Assembly (NCBI GenBank): GCA_012800315.1
Contig: JAAZJO010000010.1
Location: forward strand, 45,942-109,941
Source of the DNA: Candidatus Falkowbacteria bacterium
GTDB taxonomy: Bacteria; Patescibacteriota; Patescibacteriia; Patescibacteriales; UBA12465
DNA: 64,000 nucleotides
Direction: 5' to 3'
Numbering within the stretch: the stretch's first letter is position 1; every line of letters starts with the position of its first letter. This document shows, in pieces, positions 27,318 through 39,086 of the stretch. The notes beneath the pieces are model-generated. The model was given only the letters and a program-made list of their open reading frames with translations, ran no database searches and was not told the DNA's origin. The position numbers and the translations under genes are program-made.

Positions 27318-30300
27318 ATGTCTACGCGAAAATCATTTTCAGAACTTCGAGAAGCCATGCCCCTGCCAGACTTAATCGAAATTCAAAAAAATTCTTATAA
27401 TTGGTTTTTAAAAGAAGGACTGGCTGAGCTGTTTGATGAAATAAATCCCGTGACCGATTTTATCGGACGTGATTTAGAATTATATTTTGAAGACTACTAT
27501 TTAGACGAGCCAAGATTTTCTGAATTAGAAAGTCGTGAAAAAAATATTACTTATGAAGCGCCTTTACGCGTTAAGACGAGATTATTAAATAAAAAAACTA
27601 AGAAAGCTATCAGTCAAGAAGTTTTTCTCGGTGATTTTCCGTTAATGACCGAACAGGGAACTTTTATTATTAATGGTATTGAGAGGGTGGTTGTTTCTCA
27701 GTTAATTCGTTCAGCTGGGGTAATGTTTACAGCAGAATTTATTAAGGGCAAAAAATGTTACGGGGCAAAAATTATTCCTAATCGCGGCGCTTGGTTAGAG
27801 ATTGAATCTGATTCTAATAAGGTGTTATGGGTACGCATTGATCGCAAGAGAAAAGTAGCAGTTACTTCTTTGTTGCGCGCTTTTGGTTATGAAAAGGATG
27901 AGGAATTAATAAAATTATTTGCTGATGTTGATGTAGTAAAGAATAAAGATGAGCAGACTTTTATAGAGGCAACTATTGAAAAAGATGCGGCTAAAAATGA
28001 GGCAGAGGGACTACAAGAAGTTTATCGTCGTATTCGTCCGGGAGATTTAGCTTCTGTAGAAAATGCTCGCCAATTAATTCACTCAATGTTTTTTCGTTTT
28101 GATCGTTATGATTTTGGTCGGGTAGGGCGCTATAAATTAAATCGTCGTTTTAATTTAAATTTACCAGCTAATAAGAAAGAGAATCGTATTTTACGTAAAG
28201 AGGATTTAGTTTTGATTATTAAGGAAGTTATTCGTTTAAATATTACTAAGGAGCCAGAAGATGATATTGATCATCTAGGCAATCGTCGTGTGCGAGCGAT
28301 TGGTGGCTTAATTCAAAATCGTTATCGTGTAGGTTTAGCTAGAATGGAGCGAATTATTAAAGATCGCATGTCAACTTCTGATATTGCTTCTCTTACGCCT
28401 TCAAAATTAGTTAATGCTCGTCCAGTTATTGGAGTTGTCCGTGAGTTTTTTATGTCTTCTCAGTTATCTCAGTTCATGGATCAAACTAATCCTTTAGCTG
28501 AACTGGAACATAAGCGTCGTTTATCAGCGATGGGCCCAGGCGGCTTAACTCGTGAACGTGCTGGCTTTGATGTACGTGATGTGCATTCAACTCATTATGG
28601 TCGCATTTGTCCGATTGCTACTCCAGAAGGTCCGAATATTGGTTTGGTTGGTCACTTAGCTTCTTATGCTCGGTTAAATAGTTATGGCTTTTTAGAAATA
28701 CCATATCGCAAAGTAGTTAAAGATAAAAAAGGTAGTCGGGTTACTGATGAAATTGTTTATCTTGATGCTTTTGAAGAAGAAAAGTATATCACCGTTGACG
28801 CAACTATCCCGCTTGATAAAGATGGCTATTTTATTCCTCATAAATTTGAAGTGAGAAAATTTGGTGAGCCAGACGTAGAAGAGACTAATAAGATTGATTT
28901 TATGGGAGTGGCGGCTAATCAAATTATTTCTATTGCTACTTCTTTAATTCCGTTCATGGAACATAATGATGGACAAAGATCTTTGATGGGTACGAATATG
29001 CAACGGCAGGCAGTGCCGTTAGTTAAGCCGGAAGCGCCGATTGTTGGTACAGGAATTGAAGCTAAGGCAGCACGTGATTCTGGACATGTTGTGCTAGCTA
29101 AAGAAGATGGAGTGGTAGTTAAAGTTGATGCTAGTGTTATTGAAATTCAAAATAAAAAAGGGGAGATTAATCGTTATACTTTAAATAAATTTGTACGCTC
29201 TAATTCCTCAACCTGTATTAATCAGCATCCGATTGTTGATTTAGGACAAAAAGTGAAGAAAGGCGAAGTATTATCAGATGGTCCAGCGATTGATCAAGGA
29301 GAGCTATCTTTAGGCCGCAACGTTTTAGTCGCTTTTATGACTTGGGAGGGATATAACTATGAAGATGCAGTTATTATTTCTGAGCGTTTAGTTAGAGAAG
29401 ATATTTATTCCTCAATTCATATTGAAAACTATACAATTGATGTTCGTGATACTAAACTTGGTCCAGAAGTGATTACTAATGATATCCCAAATATCAGTGA
29501 GGAGAAATTAAAAAATCTTGATGAAGATGGAGTTATTCGTATTGGCACCGAAGTTTCTAGTGGCGATATTTTAGTTGGTAAAATCACCCCTAAAGGGGAA
29601 ACAACTTTGTCAGCAGAAGAAAAATTATTGCGAGCTATTTTTGGCGAAAAAGCTAAAGATGTTCGTGATTCTTCTTTATATCTTGAACATGGTGAACATG
29701 GCAAAGTGGTTGATGTAAAAATATTTTCTCGTGAAGAAGGTGATAAATTATCAGCCGGTGTTTTAAAGTCTATTCAAGTATCGGTTGCTAATATGAGAAA
29801 GATTCAGGTTGGTGATAAGATGTCTGGCCGTCATGGTAATAAGGGAGTTATTTCTCAAGTTGTGCCGATTGAAGACATGCCTTATATGGCTGACGGAACG
29901 CCAATTGATGTAATTTTATCTCCTTTAGGAATTATTTCTCGTATGAACTTGGGGCAATTATTAGAAACTCACATGGGTTTTGCTGCTCAGAAACTAGGTT
30001 ATCGGGTAGTAACTCCGGTTTTAAATGGAATTACTGAAGAGCAAATTAAAAATGAATTAATTAAGGCGGGCTTACCGGTGGATGGCAAAGTTGTTTTGTA
30101 TGATGGTAAAACGGGCAATCCTTATGATAATAAAATTACCGTTGGTTATAAGTATGTTTTAAAGCTTAACCACATGGTTGAAGATAAGATCCATCAACGC
30201 TCAATCGGTCCTTACTCTTTAATTACACAGCAACCTTTGGGCGGCAAGGCGCAATTTGGTGGACAGAGATTTGGAGAAATGGAAGTTTGGGCATTGGAAG

Positions 30301-30620
30301 GTTATGGTGCGGCCCATACTTTACAAGAAATGTTAACCATTAAATCTGATGATGTTCCGGGACGAAGTAAGGCCTATGAGTCTATTATTAAAGGAGAGGA
30401 AATTGAAAAACTAAATGTACCTGAATCTTTTAACGTTTTAATTCGCGAACTTAAGGGTTTAGGCTTGGATGTTGAACTGTTAGGAGGTGAAGGTGAGCAA
30501 CCAGCCTCTGAAGTAGTTACTGAAATAGACGAAGAAGCTAAGGAAGATGAGAAGTTCGCTTATGATAAACCAGAAATCATTGCTTCTTTATCAGAAGAAG
30601 GTGAAGTAAAAGAAGAATAA
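27318..30620 (+). CDS. rpoB: DNA-directed RNA polymerase subunit beta
   Basis: 1100 aa. Conserved rpoB blocks include [31 protein letters not shown] and NMQRQAVPL. Confidence 0.97.
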   Translation: MSTRKSFSELREAMPLPDLIEIQKNSYNWFLKEGLAELFDEINPVTDFIGRDLELYFEDYYLDEPRFSELESREKNITYEAPLRVKTRLLNKKTKKAISQEVFLGDFPLMTEQGTFIINGIERVVVSQLIRSAGVMFTAEFIKGKKCYGAKIIPNRGAWLEIESDSNKVLWVRIDRKRKVAVTSLLRAFGYEKDEELIKLFADVDVVKNKDEQTFIEATIEKDAAKNEAEGLQEVYRRIRPGDLASVENARQLIHSMFFRFDRYDFGRVGRYKLNRRFNLNLPANKKENRILRKEDLVLIIKEVIRLNITKEPEDDIDHLGNRRVRAIGGLIQNRYRVGLARMERIIKDRMSTSDIASLTPSKLVNARPVIGVVREFFMSSQLSQFMDQTNPLAELEHKRRLSAMGPGGLTRERAGFDVRDVHSTHYGRICPIATPEGPNIGLVGHLASYARLNSYGFLEIPYRKVVKDKKGSRVTDEIVYLDAFEEEKYITVDATIPLDKDGYFIPHKFEVRKFGEPDVEETNKIDFMGVAANQIISIATSLIPFMEHNDGQRSLMGTNMQRQAVPLVKPEAPIVGTGIEAKAARDSGHVVLAKEDGVVVKVDASVIEIQNKKGEINRYTLNKFVRSNSSTCINQHPIVDLGQKVKKGEVLSDGPAIDQGELSLGRNVLVAFMTWEGYNYEDAVIISERLVREDIYSSIHIENYTIDVRDTKLGPEVITNDIPNISEEKLKNLDEDGVIRIGTEVSSGDILVGKITPKGETTLSAEEKLLRAIFGEKAKDVRDSSLYLEHGEHGKVVDVKIFSREEGDKLSAGVLKSIQVSVANMRKIQVGDKMSGRHGNKGVISQVVPIEDMPYMADGTPIDVILSPLGIISRMNLGQLLETHMGFAAQKLGYRVVTPVLNGITEEQIKNELIKAGLPVDGKVVLYDGKTGNPYDNKITVGYKYVLKLNHMVEDKIHQRSIGPYSLITQQPLGGKAQFGGQRFGEMEVWALEGYGAAHTLQEMLTIKSDDVPGRSKAYESIIKGEEIEKLNVPESFNVLIRELKGLGLDVELLGGEGEQPASEVVTEIDEEAKEDEKFAYDKPEIIASLSEEGEVKEE

Positions 30621-30644
30621 TTATTAATTAGTGATTATTAATAT

Positions 30645-33600
30645 ATGTTAAATCCAATAAAAACTAGCGATTTTGACGCTATTCGTTTAAAACTTGCTTC
30701 GCCAGAAAAAATTTTGGAGTGGTCCCATGGTGAAGTGACTCGTCCAGAAACAATCAATTATCGCACTCAAAAACCTGAAAAAGATGGTCTTTTCTGTGAA
30801 AAGATTTTTGGTCCGACTAAGGACTGGGAATGTTCTTGCGGAAAATATAAAAAGATTCGTTATAAAGGAATTGTTTGTGATAAATGCGGAGTTGAAGTTA
30901 CTCGCAGCATCGTTCGCCGTGAACGTTTGGGTCATATTACACTGCAAGTTCCAGCTACTCATATTTGGTTTTTGAGAGGCTTATCATCTAAAATTGGTTT
31001 GCTTTTGAATTTAGGTATTCAATCTTTGGAAAAAGTTATTTATTATGCCAGCTTTATTGTTACTGATGTTGATGAAACTTTAAAAGAAGCAACTATTGAG
31101 CAGATTAAGGCAGAGTATAAGTCTAAACTTAAAAGTATTGAAAATGATTATAATAATCAGCTAAAGAAGATTAAAGAAATTGCTGGCAAAGAGGCAGAGA
31201 GTGAAATTAAAGAAGCGACTAAAACTAAAAATGATAGAATTGCTAGATTGGATGAAGATTTTAGTGTTACGCAAAAAGAATTAAAAGAATTAAAGCCATT
31301 ATTAATTTTATCAGAACAACAATATCAGAGCCTAAGCCTAAAGTTTGGTCATATTTTTGAAGCTTCTATTGGGGCCGAAGCGATTCGTAAATTATTAGAA
31401 AAAATTGATTTAGAAGCCAGCATTGCTCGGCTAGAAGAGGAACTAGTTAAGGCGGTTGATTCAAAAAAAGAGAAATTAGTTAAACGTTTAAAATTATTAA
31501 AGAGTTTTCGCAATAATAATATTCGTCCAGAGTGGATGATCTTAACTGTTTTGCCGGTTGTTCCACCAGATTTACGTCCCATGGTTGCCTTAGATGGTGG
31601 TCGTTTTGCTGCTTCTGATTTAAATGATTTATATCGTCGGGTTATTAATCGTAATAATCGTTTAAAGCAATTAATTGATTTAAATGCGCCGGAAGTTATT
31701 TGTCGCAATGAAAAAAGAATGTTACAGGAAGCAGTTGATGCTTTAATTGATAATTCAGCTCGTCACACTAAGACGGTTACAGCCTCAACTGGACAAAAGA
31801 GACAGTTGAAATCTTTAGCGGATACTTTAAAGGGGAAGCAAGGACGCTTTCGTCAAAACTTATTAGGTAAACGCGTTGATTATTCTGGTCGTTCAGTGAT
31901 CGTGATTAATCCAAAGTTAAATCTTGATCAATGTGGTTTACCAAAAGTGATGGCTTTAGAATTGTTTAAGCCGTTTATTATTGCTCAGCTTATTAAAAGA
32001 GAAATTGTTCATAATGTCCGCAGCGCTTCTCGTTATATTGAAGCAGGACATGATGAAGTTTTTGATATTTTGGAAGAAATTGTGAAGAATGCTTATGTTT
32101 TATTAAACCGTGCTCCAACTTTGCATCGTTTAGGTATTCAAGCTTTTCGCCCGGTTTTGATTGAAGGTAAGGCTATCCAAATTCATCCACTTGTTTGTAC
32201 TGCCTTTAACGCCGACTTTGATGGTGACCAGATGGCTGTTCATGTTCCATTAACTAAAGAGGCTCGCCAAGAAGCAGAAACCTTAATGCTTTCTTCTCAT
32301 AATTTACTAAAACCAGCGACAGGTGATCCGATTGTTGCGCCCGCGCAAGATATTGTTTGGGGGACTTATTATATTACTTTAACAGAGAGTGATTATGAGG
32401 AGAAGAAGGCAGAGGATATGAAGTATTTTTGGAATGAAGATGAAGCAGTCTTGGCTTATGAAAATAATTTTATTAGTCTTCATGAGGCTATTAATGTTAA
32501 ATATGATGGAAGCATGCTAAAAACCACAGTTGGTCGTTTAATTTTTAACTCTTTATTACCAGAAAAATTAAAATATATTAATGAGGTTGTGGGTAAGAGT
32601 AAATTAAAAGACTTAATTCGTGATTGTTTGCGTATTTATGGGGAAGAAGAAACAGTTAAATTTATTGATAGTTTAAAGAATCGCGCTTTTGCTTTTATTA
32701 CTAAATCAGGCTTATCTTGGGGCTTTGGTGATTTACCTAGTTTATCAGAAAAAGACGAGTTGATTGAATTATCTAATAAAAAAGTTGAACTCATTCAAGA
32801 GCAATATGAAGAAGGGCTTTTAACTGAGTCAGAGCGTTATGCGAAAGTGATTGAAGAGTGGACTAAAACCAAAGATAAGATTGCTGATATTTGTAAGAAG
32901 GGCTTAAAAGATGTTTTGCCAGTTTATTCCATGATTGATTCTGGCGCTCGCGGATCATGGGCACAACCAGTTCAGATTTTGGGTATGAAAGGTTTAGTAA
33001 CTTCGCCTTCTGGAGCGATTATTGAATTGCCAGTTAAGGGAAACTTTAAACAAGGATTTGGTGTTTTAGAGTACTTCTTTTCCACCCACGCTACGCGCAA
33101 AGGTTTGTCTGATACGGCTTTAAGAACGGCTAATGCTGGTTATTTAACTCGTCGTTTAGTAGATGTTGCTCAGGATGTTATTATTTCCGAAGATGATTGT
33201 GGTGATACTGTGGGCATGAATTTGAATCGGGCTGAAATAGAAGCGAACGGGGAAGATTTTTTTCGTCGTTTAGTTGGACGTTATTTAGCTAAAGATGTTA
33301 AGGACGCTAAAGGCAAAGTTATTTTGTCGGCGGGCGAGATTTTAAATGAAGAAAATATTAAACTTTTGAAAGAAAAAGATGTTCAAGATGTTTGTATTCG
33401 TTCGGTTTTGAGTTGCAAGTTAAGCAAGGGTATTTGCACTAAATGTTATGGTTGGGATTTAGCTTATAATAAACCGGTGAAGATGGGAGCAACGGTGGGC
33501 GTAGTGGCTGCTCAATCTATTGGTGAACCAGGTACCCAGTTAACGATGAGAACTTTTCATAGTGGAGGAGTTGCTGGACAAGATGATATTACCCAAGGTT

Positions 33601-34577
33601 TGCCACGAGTTGAAGAAATTTTTGAAGCTCGTTCTCCAAAGAAAAAAGCCTTGATTTCTGATGTGGCTGGTCGCATTAAGATTGAATTTGCTCAGAAAAC
33701 TATTACTGATAAGGATGGCAAAGAAATTTTAGTTAATAATCCGCAAGCAAAAATTTTAAGTATTTTCTATAAAGGTAAGGATTATGATAAATATTATTTT
33801 TCTGAAAAGATTAATGAAATAAAATTAGCTACTGGAGCAACGGCTAAAGACAAGAAAAAATTAGAAGTTAAAGTTTTAGTTAAAGCGGGTGAAATGGTTT
33901 CTAAAAATTCAGAATTATTTAGCGTGGGCGGCGAGGTTGTGCGTTCAAAATCAGCTGGTAAAGTAACAGTAACTGATAAATATATTAGTGTGGCTAAGGA
34001 GGTTGAGAAAGTTAAAGAGTTTTCTATCCTTAAAGGCACGATGTTAATGGTGCAAGATGGGGATTTAGTTGAACGGGGTACTCAATTAACTGAGGGTAGT
34101 CTTGATCTTCGCGAATTATATAAATTAAAGGGACGCTTAGCTACGCAGCAGTATATTATTAAAGAAATTCAATATGTTTATAGTTCTCAGGGACAACCAC
34201 TTAATGATAAGCATGTTGAAATTATTGCTCGTCAAATGTTTTCTCGCTATTTAATTAAAGATGCTGGCGATACTCATTTATTACCAGGTGAAACAGTAGA
34301 AGAAGAGGTCTTAGAGCAGGCTAATAAGAACGCTAAGAAGCCAGCGGAGGCAGAAAGATTATTATTAGGAATCACAAAAGCTTCCTTGACTACTGATAGC
34401 TTCTTATCATCAGCTTCTTTTCAGGAAACCTCTCGTGTTTTGATTGAGGCGGCGGTTAATGGCAAGATTGACTATCTTGAAGGCTTAAAGGAAAATGTTA
34501 TTATTGGTTGCTTGATTCCAGCCGGCACTGGTTATAAAGGAAGAAAAAAGAGGGCTGATTATAGTCAACAAAATTAA
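30645..34577 (+). CDS. rpoC: DNA-directed RNA polymerase subunit beta prime
   Basis: 1310 aa. Zn finger CSCGKYKKIRYKGIVCDKCG, catalytic NADFDGD, and RFRQNLLGKRVDYSGRSVIV. Confidence 0.97.
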   Translation: MLNPIKTSDFDAIRLKLASPEKILEWSHGEVTRPETINYRTQKPEKDGLFCEKIFGPTKDWECSCGKYKKIRYKGIVCDKCGVEVTRSIVRRERLGHITLQVPATHIWFLRGLSSKIGLLLNLGIQSLEKVIYYASFIVTDVDETLKEATIEQIKAEYKSKLKSIENDYNNQLKKIKEIAGKEAESEIKEATKTKNDRIARLDEDFSVTQKELKELKPLLILSEQQYQSLSLKFGHIFEASIGAEAIRKLLEKIDLEASIARLEEELVKAVDSKKEKLVKRLKLLKSFRNNNIRPEWMILTVLPVVPPDLRPMVALDGGRFAASDLNDLYRRVINRNNRLKQLIDLNAPEVICRNEKRMLQEAVDALIDNSARHTKTVTASTGQKRQLKSLADTLKGKQGRFRQNLLGKRVDYSGRSVIVINPKLNLDQCGLPKVMALELFKPFIIAQLIKREIVHNVRSASRYIEAGHDEVFDILEEIVKNAYVLLNRAPTLHRLGIQAFRPVLIEGKAIQIHPLVCTAFNADFDGDQMAVHVPLTKEARQEAETLMLSSHNLLKPATGDPIVAPAQDIVWGTYYITLTESDYEEKKAEDMKYFWNEDEAVLAYENNFISLHEAINVKYDGSMLKTTVGRLIFNSLLPEKLKYINEVVGKSKLKDLIRDCLRIYGEEETVKFIDSLKNRAFAFITKSGLSWGFGDLPSLSEKDELIELSNKKVELIQEQYEEGLLTESERYAKVIEEWTKTKDKIADICKKGLKDVLPVYSMIDSGARGSWAQPVQILGMKGLVTSPSGAIIELPVKGNFKQGFGVLEYFFSTHATRKGLSDTALRTANAGYLTRRLVDVAQDVIISEDDCGDTVGMNLNRAEIEANGEDFFRRLVGRYLAKDVKDAKGKVILSAGEILNEENIKLLKEKDVQDVCIRSVLSCKLSKGICTKCYGWDLAYNKPVKMGATVGVVAAQSIGEPGTQLTMRTFHSGGVAGQDDITQGLPRVEEIFEARSPKKKALISDVAGRIKIEFAQKTITDKDGKEILVNNPQAKILSIFYKGKDYDKYYFSEKINEIKLATGATAKDKKKLEVKVLVKAGEMVSKNSELFSVGGEVVRSKSAGKVTVTDKYISVAKEVEKVKEFSILKGTMLMVQDGDLVERGTQLTEGSLDLRELYKLKGRLATQQYIIKEIQYVYSSQGQPLNDKHVEIIARQMFSRYLIKDAGDTHLLPGETVEEEVLEQANKNAKKPAEAERLLLGITKASLTTDSFLSSASFQETSRVLIEAAVNGKIDYLEGLKENVIIGCLIPAGTGYKGRKKRADYSQQN

Positions 34578-34622
34578 AGAAAAGCGAGTAAAAAGAAGTT
34601 AAACTTAGTTAAATAAAAATAA

Positions 34623-34652
34623 AAAAGAAGCTGATTATTCAGCTTCTTTTTT
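34623..34652 (+). terminator. Rho-independent terminator after rpoC
   Basis: Hairpin aagaagctg-attatt-cagcttctt followed by ttttgg. Confidence 0.6.
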
Positions 34653-34694
34653 GGTTGTCAGAAAGCGAAAAATAACGTAAAATAAGAGTAGATT

Positions 34695-36176
34695 ATGATT
34701 AAACCGTTTTGGACAAAATGGTCGTTTTTATTCAAGCTCCGTTTTATTTTTGGGGTTATTTTATTGATTTTTTTATTGCTTTTTCTTTATTTAAAAATAG
34801 TCCCTTTTGGCCAGATTAGTTATAGTCGTGATTATAGTTCTGCTTGGCGTTCGAGCAAGGGTTTTATTTCTGGCTTTACGCCGGCAGAAAGAGTTGATTT
34901 AGAAACTAGTGAAGTGCCGGCTATTATCGGCGATCCAGTTTATTTTTCTGTTTTTACACCCCGAACTTTTGATCAAGCTAAGATGACGATTGTTTATCGT
35001 GATAATTTAACTATTGATTTGCCAATTATTGAGGCTGGTGTTTTGGTAGATAATATTGTCTGGCGTTATGATTTAAAACCAGTTGATAATAAAGCGCTTG
35101 ATTATTTAATGTTGCGTTGGGATAAATTGGAAGAGAATGGGCTTTTATTTTTACAGAAAGAAAAGAATTATTCTAGTTTGGCTGATTGGGAAAAGGACTT
35201 AGCGAAAGGAAAAATAAAAGATTGTTCTAATGTTTCAACTAATTGCTTAGCTGTTTATAATTATACTCCACCCTATAAATATCAGATTGCCAATTATCAA
35301 CCGCTTTTGCCATTAACTATTGACCAACCTTTGCGCGGGGCGCATCAATTTTATCTTTATTTAAAAGATGAGCCTTTGCATTTAGATTTTTCTTTTATTG
35401 ATCAAAATTTAGATTTAAAACCAGCACCAATTAAGATAATTTTATCATCTGAAAACGGAATAATAGACACGCAAATAATTGATGATCCTAATCTTAATCC
35501 AGGCAGTGGGCAGATGGAAGAGAAAAAAGTGACGATTGATAAACGTAATTTGTCAGCGGGTATTTATAAGGTTGAGGTTAAGATTACCGATGACATGATT
35601 ATTAAAAAGATAAGTAGTTCAATTGGTCGTCTATCCTTTATTCATAAAATTTGGCCGGTTTCTGGACAAGGTAATTTGAAAGTTTATACTGATTCTAATT
35701 ATTTACAGGTTAAAGCTTTAAGTCCAGCTAGTTTGCAGACGATTAGTTTTGGGGGAAATAAATTTTCTTTAACAGAAGCTTATCGGCAATTTGATTTTTA
35801 TTCTGAGGACGGTGGCTTGATTAAAGAAATAAAAATTGCTCAAGATGATTTAATTTTGGAAAATAATGGAGTTTTTGCTTTGTCGCCGAATGCACTTATT
35901 AATCCTTCTTTAATGAAAGTAGACCGATTTTTTTCTGTGAAGATGCCAGTTAAATATATTGTAGCTGAATATCAAAAACCAAAAGAGGTGAATGGTTTTA
36001 AAGTGGCTACTGTTGAATTTGATTTGAAAAATGCTTATAGAGAGAAGGGAAAATATAACTTTATGATTGCGGTACCTGGCTTAAAAGCGGATGATAAATT
36101 AAATGATAATTTAGAGATTTATAAAATTAATATAGAATTTGAAGGCAGAACACTATGGCAAAAAATTTGGCAATAA
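34695..36176 (+). CDS. Hypothetical N-terminally membrane-anchored protein
   Basis: 493 aa. The N-terminal TM helix is ILLIFLLLFLYLKIV. The rest is soluble with no motifs I recognise. Confidence 0.3.
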   Translation: MIKPFWTKWSFLFKLRFIFGVILLIFLLLFLYLKIVPFGQISYSRDYSSAWRSSKGFISGFTPAERVDLETSEVPAIIGDPVYFSVFTPRTFDQAKMTIVYRDNLTIDLPIIEAGVLVDNIVWRYDLKPVDNKALDYLMLRWDKLEENGLLFLQKEKNYSSLADWEKDLAKGKIKDCSNVSTNCLAVYNYTPPYKYQIANYQPLLPLTIDQPLRGAHQFYLYLKDEPLHLDFSFIDQNLDLKPAPIKIILSSENGIIDTQIIDDPNLNPGSGQMEEKKVTIDKRNLSAGIYKVEVKITDDMIIKKISSSIGRLSFIHKIWPVSGQGNLKVYTDSNYLQVKALSPASLQTISFGGNKFSLTEAYRQFDFYSEDGGLIKEIKIAQDDLILENNGVFALSPNALINPSLMKVDRFFSVKMPVKYIVAEYQKPKEVNGFKVATVEFDLKNAYREKGKYNFMIAVPGLKADDKLNDNLEIYKINIEFEGRTLWQKIWQ

Positions 36177-36332
36177 TTAGTCGGGAAGTATTTTATTTTT
36201 TTACAGCTCTAATCGTTTTATCAATTGGCCTAGAGATTATTTGGCCAAACATAATTTTAGCTTATGTAAATCTTAATTATATCATTGTTCTGTGGCTAAT
36301 TAGTGGTTTAATTAGTTTAATCAATAAGTAAT

Positions 36333-38318
36333 ATGTCTTTAAATAATTTTTTTAATCCAGCAGCTGTGGCAGTGGTCGGAGCCTCTAACCAGAAAACAAA
36401 AATTGGGCGCCAGATTCTTGATAATTTAATTAAGGGCGGCTTTAAAGGAAAGATCTTTCCGATTAATTTAAAAGAAAAACAAATCGCTGGTCTAAAGGTT
36501 TATGCTAGCTTAGAAAACCTGCCTTTAAAAGAATGGCCGACTCTTTTAGTAGTTATTGCTATTCCTATGCCTTTTGTTTTAGCCGAGATAAAAAAATGCG
36601 TTAACTTAGGAATTAAAAATATTATTATCATTACAGCTGGTTTCAAAGAAGTTGGCGGAGAAGGTGAAATAGCTGAAGCGGAAATTGCTAAGTTAGCTGC
36701 TAAGCACCAATTAAATATTCTTGGTCCGAATTGTTTAGGATTAATTAATACTTGGGGTAAGTTGAATGCCAGCTTTAGTTCGGCAGATACAAGCACCGGC
36801 AATATTGCTTTTTTATCTCAGTCAGGCGCAATTGGCTCAGCTGCGCTTGATTGGTTAAAAGTTAAAGATTTTAATTTTGCTTATTTTATTAGTTTAGGCA
36901 ATAAGGTGGCTATTGATGAAAATCAAGTGATTGAATATCTAGCCTCTGATTCACGAATTGATTTAATTGTTGTTTATTTGGAAGAAATTAAAGATGGTCA
37001 GAAGTTTATGAATTTAGTTTCTCGTTTAATTAAGTATAAGCCGGTAGCTATTTTAAAAGCCGGTCAAAGTATAGCTGGTGGACAACTAGCCTTGTCACAT
37101 ACTGGCTCTTTAGCTGGTTCTAGTGCGGTGATTAAGGCGGGTGTTAAAAGAGCGGGGGCTATTTGGTTAGAAAATTTAGGAGAATTATTTAATTTATTAC
37201 TTATTTTTCAAAAGAAAAATTGCTGTGATAATCAGAGTCAGGAGCTGTCTTTAATTACTAATGCGGGTGGTTTAGCAGTTTTAACGGTTGATGAAATTGA
37301 GCGACAAAATATTTCTTTTGGTTATAGTTGGGATTTACTAGGTGATGCTAATGGAGAAAAATATGAAGCAGGATTAAAAAAAGCGCTAGCGGATAAAAAA
37401 GTTCATAATCTTTTAGTTTTATTAACACCGCAAACTTCAACTGAGCCACTTAAAACAGCAGAAGCAGTGATTAAAATAGCTAAAAAATATCCAACTAAAT
37501 TAGTGATGACTAGCTTTGTTGGTGGCCAAGCAGTAGCTGAGGCGCGTGATCTTTTAGAAAAAAATAGCATCCCAACTTTTGAATATCCAGAAGAGGCAGT
37601 GCGCAGTTTTAAAAAATTAGTTGATTATAAAAAAAGTGCTAAGACTATTAAGTCATACAAATTGCTAAAAACAACAATGAAAAAACCAATTACTGAAACT
37701 GATTATTTAAAATCAATGGCTCTTTTGCGTGAATATGATATTCCGACAATTAAAACGGTTAAATATGAGGCAACTCAGGTAAAATCATATCAGTATCCAG
37801 TGGTTTTAAAAATTGTGGGACCTGATTTTTTACATAAAACTGATAAGCAGGCAGTGGTCACTAACATTAAAGATGAGCAGACTCTAAAAAAGATGGCAGC
37901 TCTTTTAGAGAAACGGCATAAAAAGATCTTAGCTAATAAACAAAATTATTTAATTGTTCAAAAACAGGCGGATCATTTTCAAGAAATAATTATGGGCTTT
38001 AAGCGTGATGCCTCTTTTGGACCGGTGATGATGATCGGTTTGGGTGGTATTTATGCTGAAGTTTTTAAGGAAGTAAAATTGGCGATGAGTGATTTAGATT
38101 TACAGACTGCTTTAGAAAAAATTGCTGAACTAAAAATCTACCCAATTTTAAATGGGGCGCGCGGGCAAAAGAAATACGATCTTAAGAGTTTAGCTGAAGC
38201 CTTTGTTAATTTATCTCGCTTAGCTAACGAGCATCCGGAAATTAAGGAATTTGATCTTAATCCTTTATTTGTTTTTGAAAAGGGGGTGTTGGCAGCTGAT
38301 GTTAGAATTATTATTTGA
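36333..38318 (+). CDS. Acetyl-CoA synthetase (ADP-forming, fused alpha-beta; NDP-forming acyl-CoA synthetase family)
   Basis: CoA-binding N-terminus AVAVVGASNQKTKIGRQILDNL, a succinyl-CoA-synthetase-like flavodoxin domain, and a C-terminal ATP-grasp. The ORF is 661 aa. Confidence 0.8.
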   Translation: MSLNNFFNPAAVAVVGASNQKTKIGRQILDNLIKGGFKGKIFPINLKEKQIAGLKVYASLENLPLKEWPTLLVVIAIPMPFVLAEIKKCVNLGIKNIIIITAGFKEVGGEGEIAEAEIAKLAAKHQLNILGPNCLGLINTWGKLNASFSSADTSTGNIAFLSQSGAIGSAALDWLKVKDFNFAYFISLGNKVAIDENQVIEYLASDSRIDLIVVYLEEIKDGQKFMNLVSRLIKYKPVAILKAGQSIAGGQLALSHTGSLAGSSAVIKAGVKRAGAIWLENLGELFNLLLIFQKKNCCDNQSQELSLITNAGGLAVLTVDEIERQNISFGYSWDLLGDANGEKYEAGLKKALADKKVHNLLVLLTPQTSTEPLKTAEAVIKIAKKYPTKLVMTSFVGGQAVAEARDLLEKNSIPTFEYPEEAVRSFKKLVDYKKSAKTIKSYKLLKTTMKKPITETDYLKSMALLREYDIPTIKTVKYEATQVKSYQYPVVLKIVGPDFLHKTDKQAVVTNIKDEQTLKKMAALLEKRHKKILANKQNYLIVQKQADHFQEIIMGFKRDASFGPVMMIGLGGIYAEVFKEVKLAMSDLDLQTALEKIAELKIYPILNGARGQKKYDLKSLAEAFVNLSRLANEHPEIKEFDLNPLFVFEKGVLAADVRIII

Positions 38319-39049
38319 GAATAGTTTTTTGTATTATGTATAAAGATAAGAAAATTATTGTTGTTTTACCAGCTTATAATGCAGCTTCAACCCTAGAGAT
38401 GACTGTTCATGAGATTCCTGATTTAGTTGATGAGATAATCTTGGTTGATGATAAAAGTGATGATGCGACTGTGGCAGTGGCTAAGCGCTTGGGTTTGTTT
38501 GTTTTTCAGCGAGCAGAAAATGGTGGTTATGGCGCTAATCAAAAAAATTGTTATCGCTTGGCGCTTGATCATGGGGCTGATATTGTGGTGATGCTTCACC
38601 CCGATTATCAATATGATCCGAAATTGATTAATTTTTTTGTTAAATTTATTGGTGATAATTTTTTTGATGTGATGCTGGGAACTAGAATTCGCAGCCGACG
38701 AGAGGCTTTAGCTGGCGGCATGCCTCTATATAAATATTTTGCTAATCGTGCTTTAACTATTTTTGAGAATTTTGTTTCTGGTTACAACTTATCAGAGTGG
38801 CACACTGGAATGCGTGCTTATAGCAGGGAAGTTTTGGAAAATATTGATTGGCAATCAAATTCTGATGACTTTGTTTTTGACACGGAAATGCTTTTTAAAA
38901 TTGTGGCCAAAAAATATCGTATTGGTGAAACACCAGTGCCAGTTCGTTATTTTAAGGAAGCTTCCTCAATAAATTTTTGGCAAAGTTTAAAATACGGCTT
39001 AGCGACAGTTGGTGTTGGTTTAAGATATTTTTTTAGGGTATTTAAATAA
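38315..39049 (+). CDS. GT2 family polyprenyl-phosphate sugar synthase-like glycosyltransferase (DPM1/GtrB-like)
   Basis: Carries KIIVVLPAYNAASTLEMTV and LVDDKSDDAT (DxD-type motif). The ATGA overlap with the upstream gene stop is an alternative start; the likely true start is the internal MYKDKK. Confidence 0.8.
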   Translation: MRIVFCIMYKDKKIIVVLPAYNAASTLEMTVHEIPDLVDEIILVDDKSDDATVAVAKRLGLFVFQRAENGGYGANQKNCYRLALDHGADIVVMLHPDYQYDPKLINFFVKFIGDNFFDVMLGTRIRSRREALAGGMPLYKYFANRALTIFENFVSGYNLSEWHTGMRAYSREVLENIDWQSNSDDFVFDTEMLFKIVAKKYRIGETPVPVRYFKEASSINFWQSLKYGLATVGVGLRYFFRVFK

Positions 39050-39086
39050 GCTTGATAGTTTAAAGTAGGTTTAATAAATTAGAAAA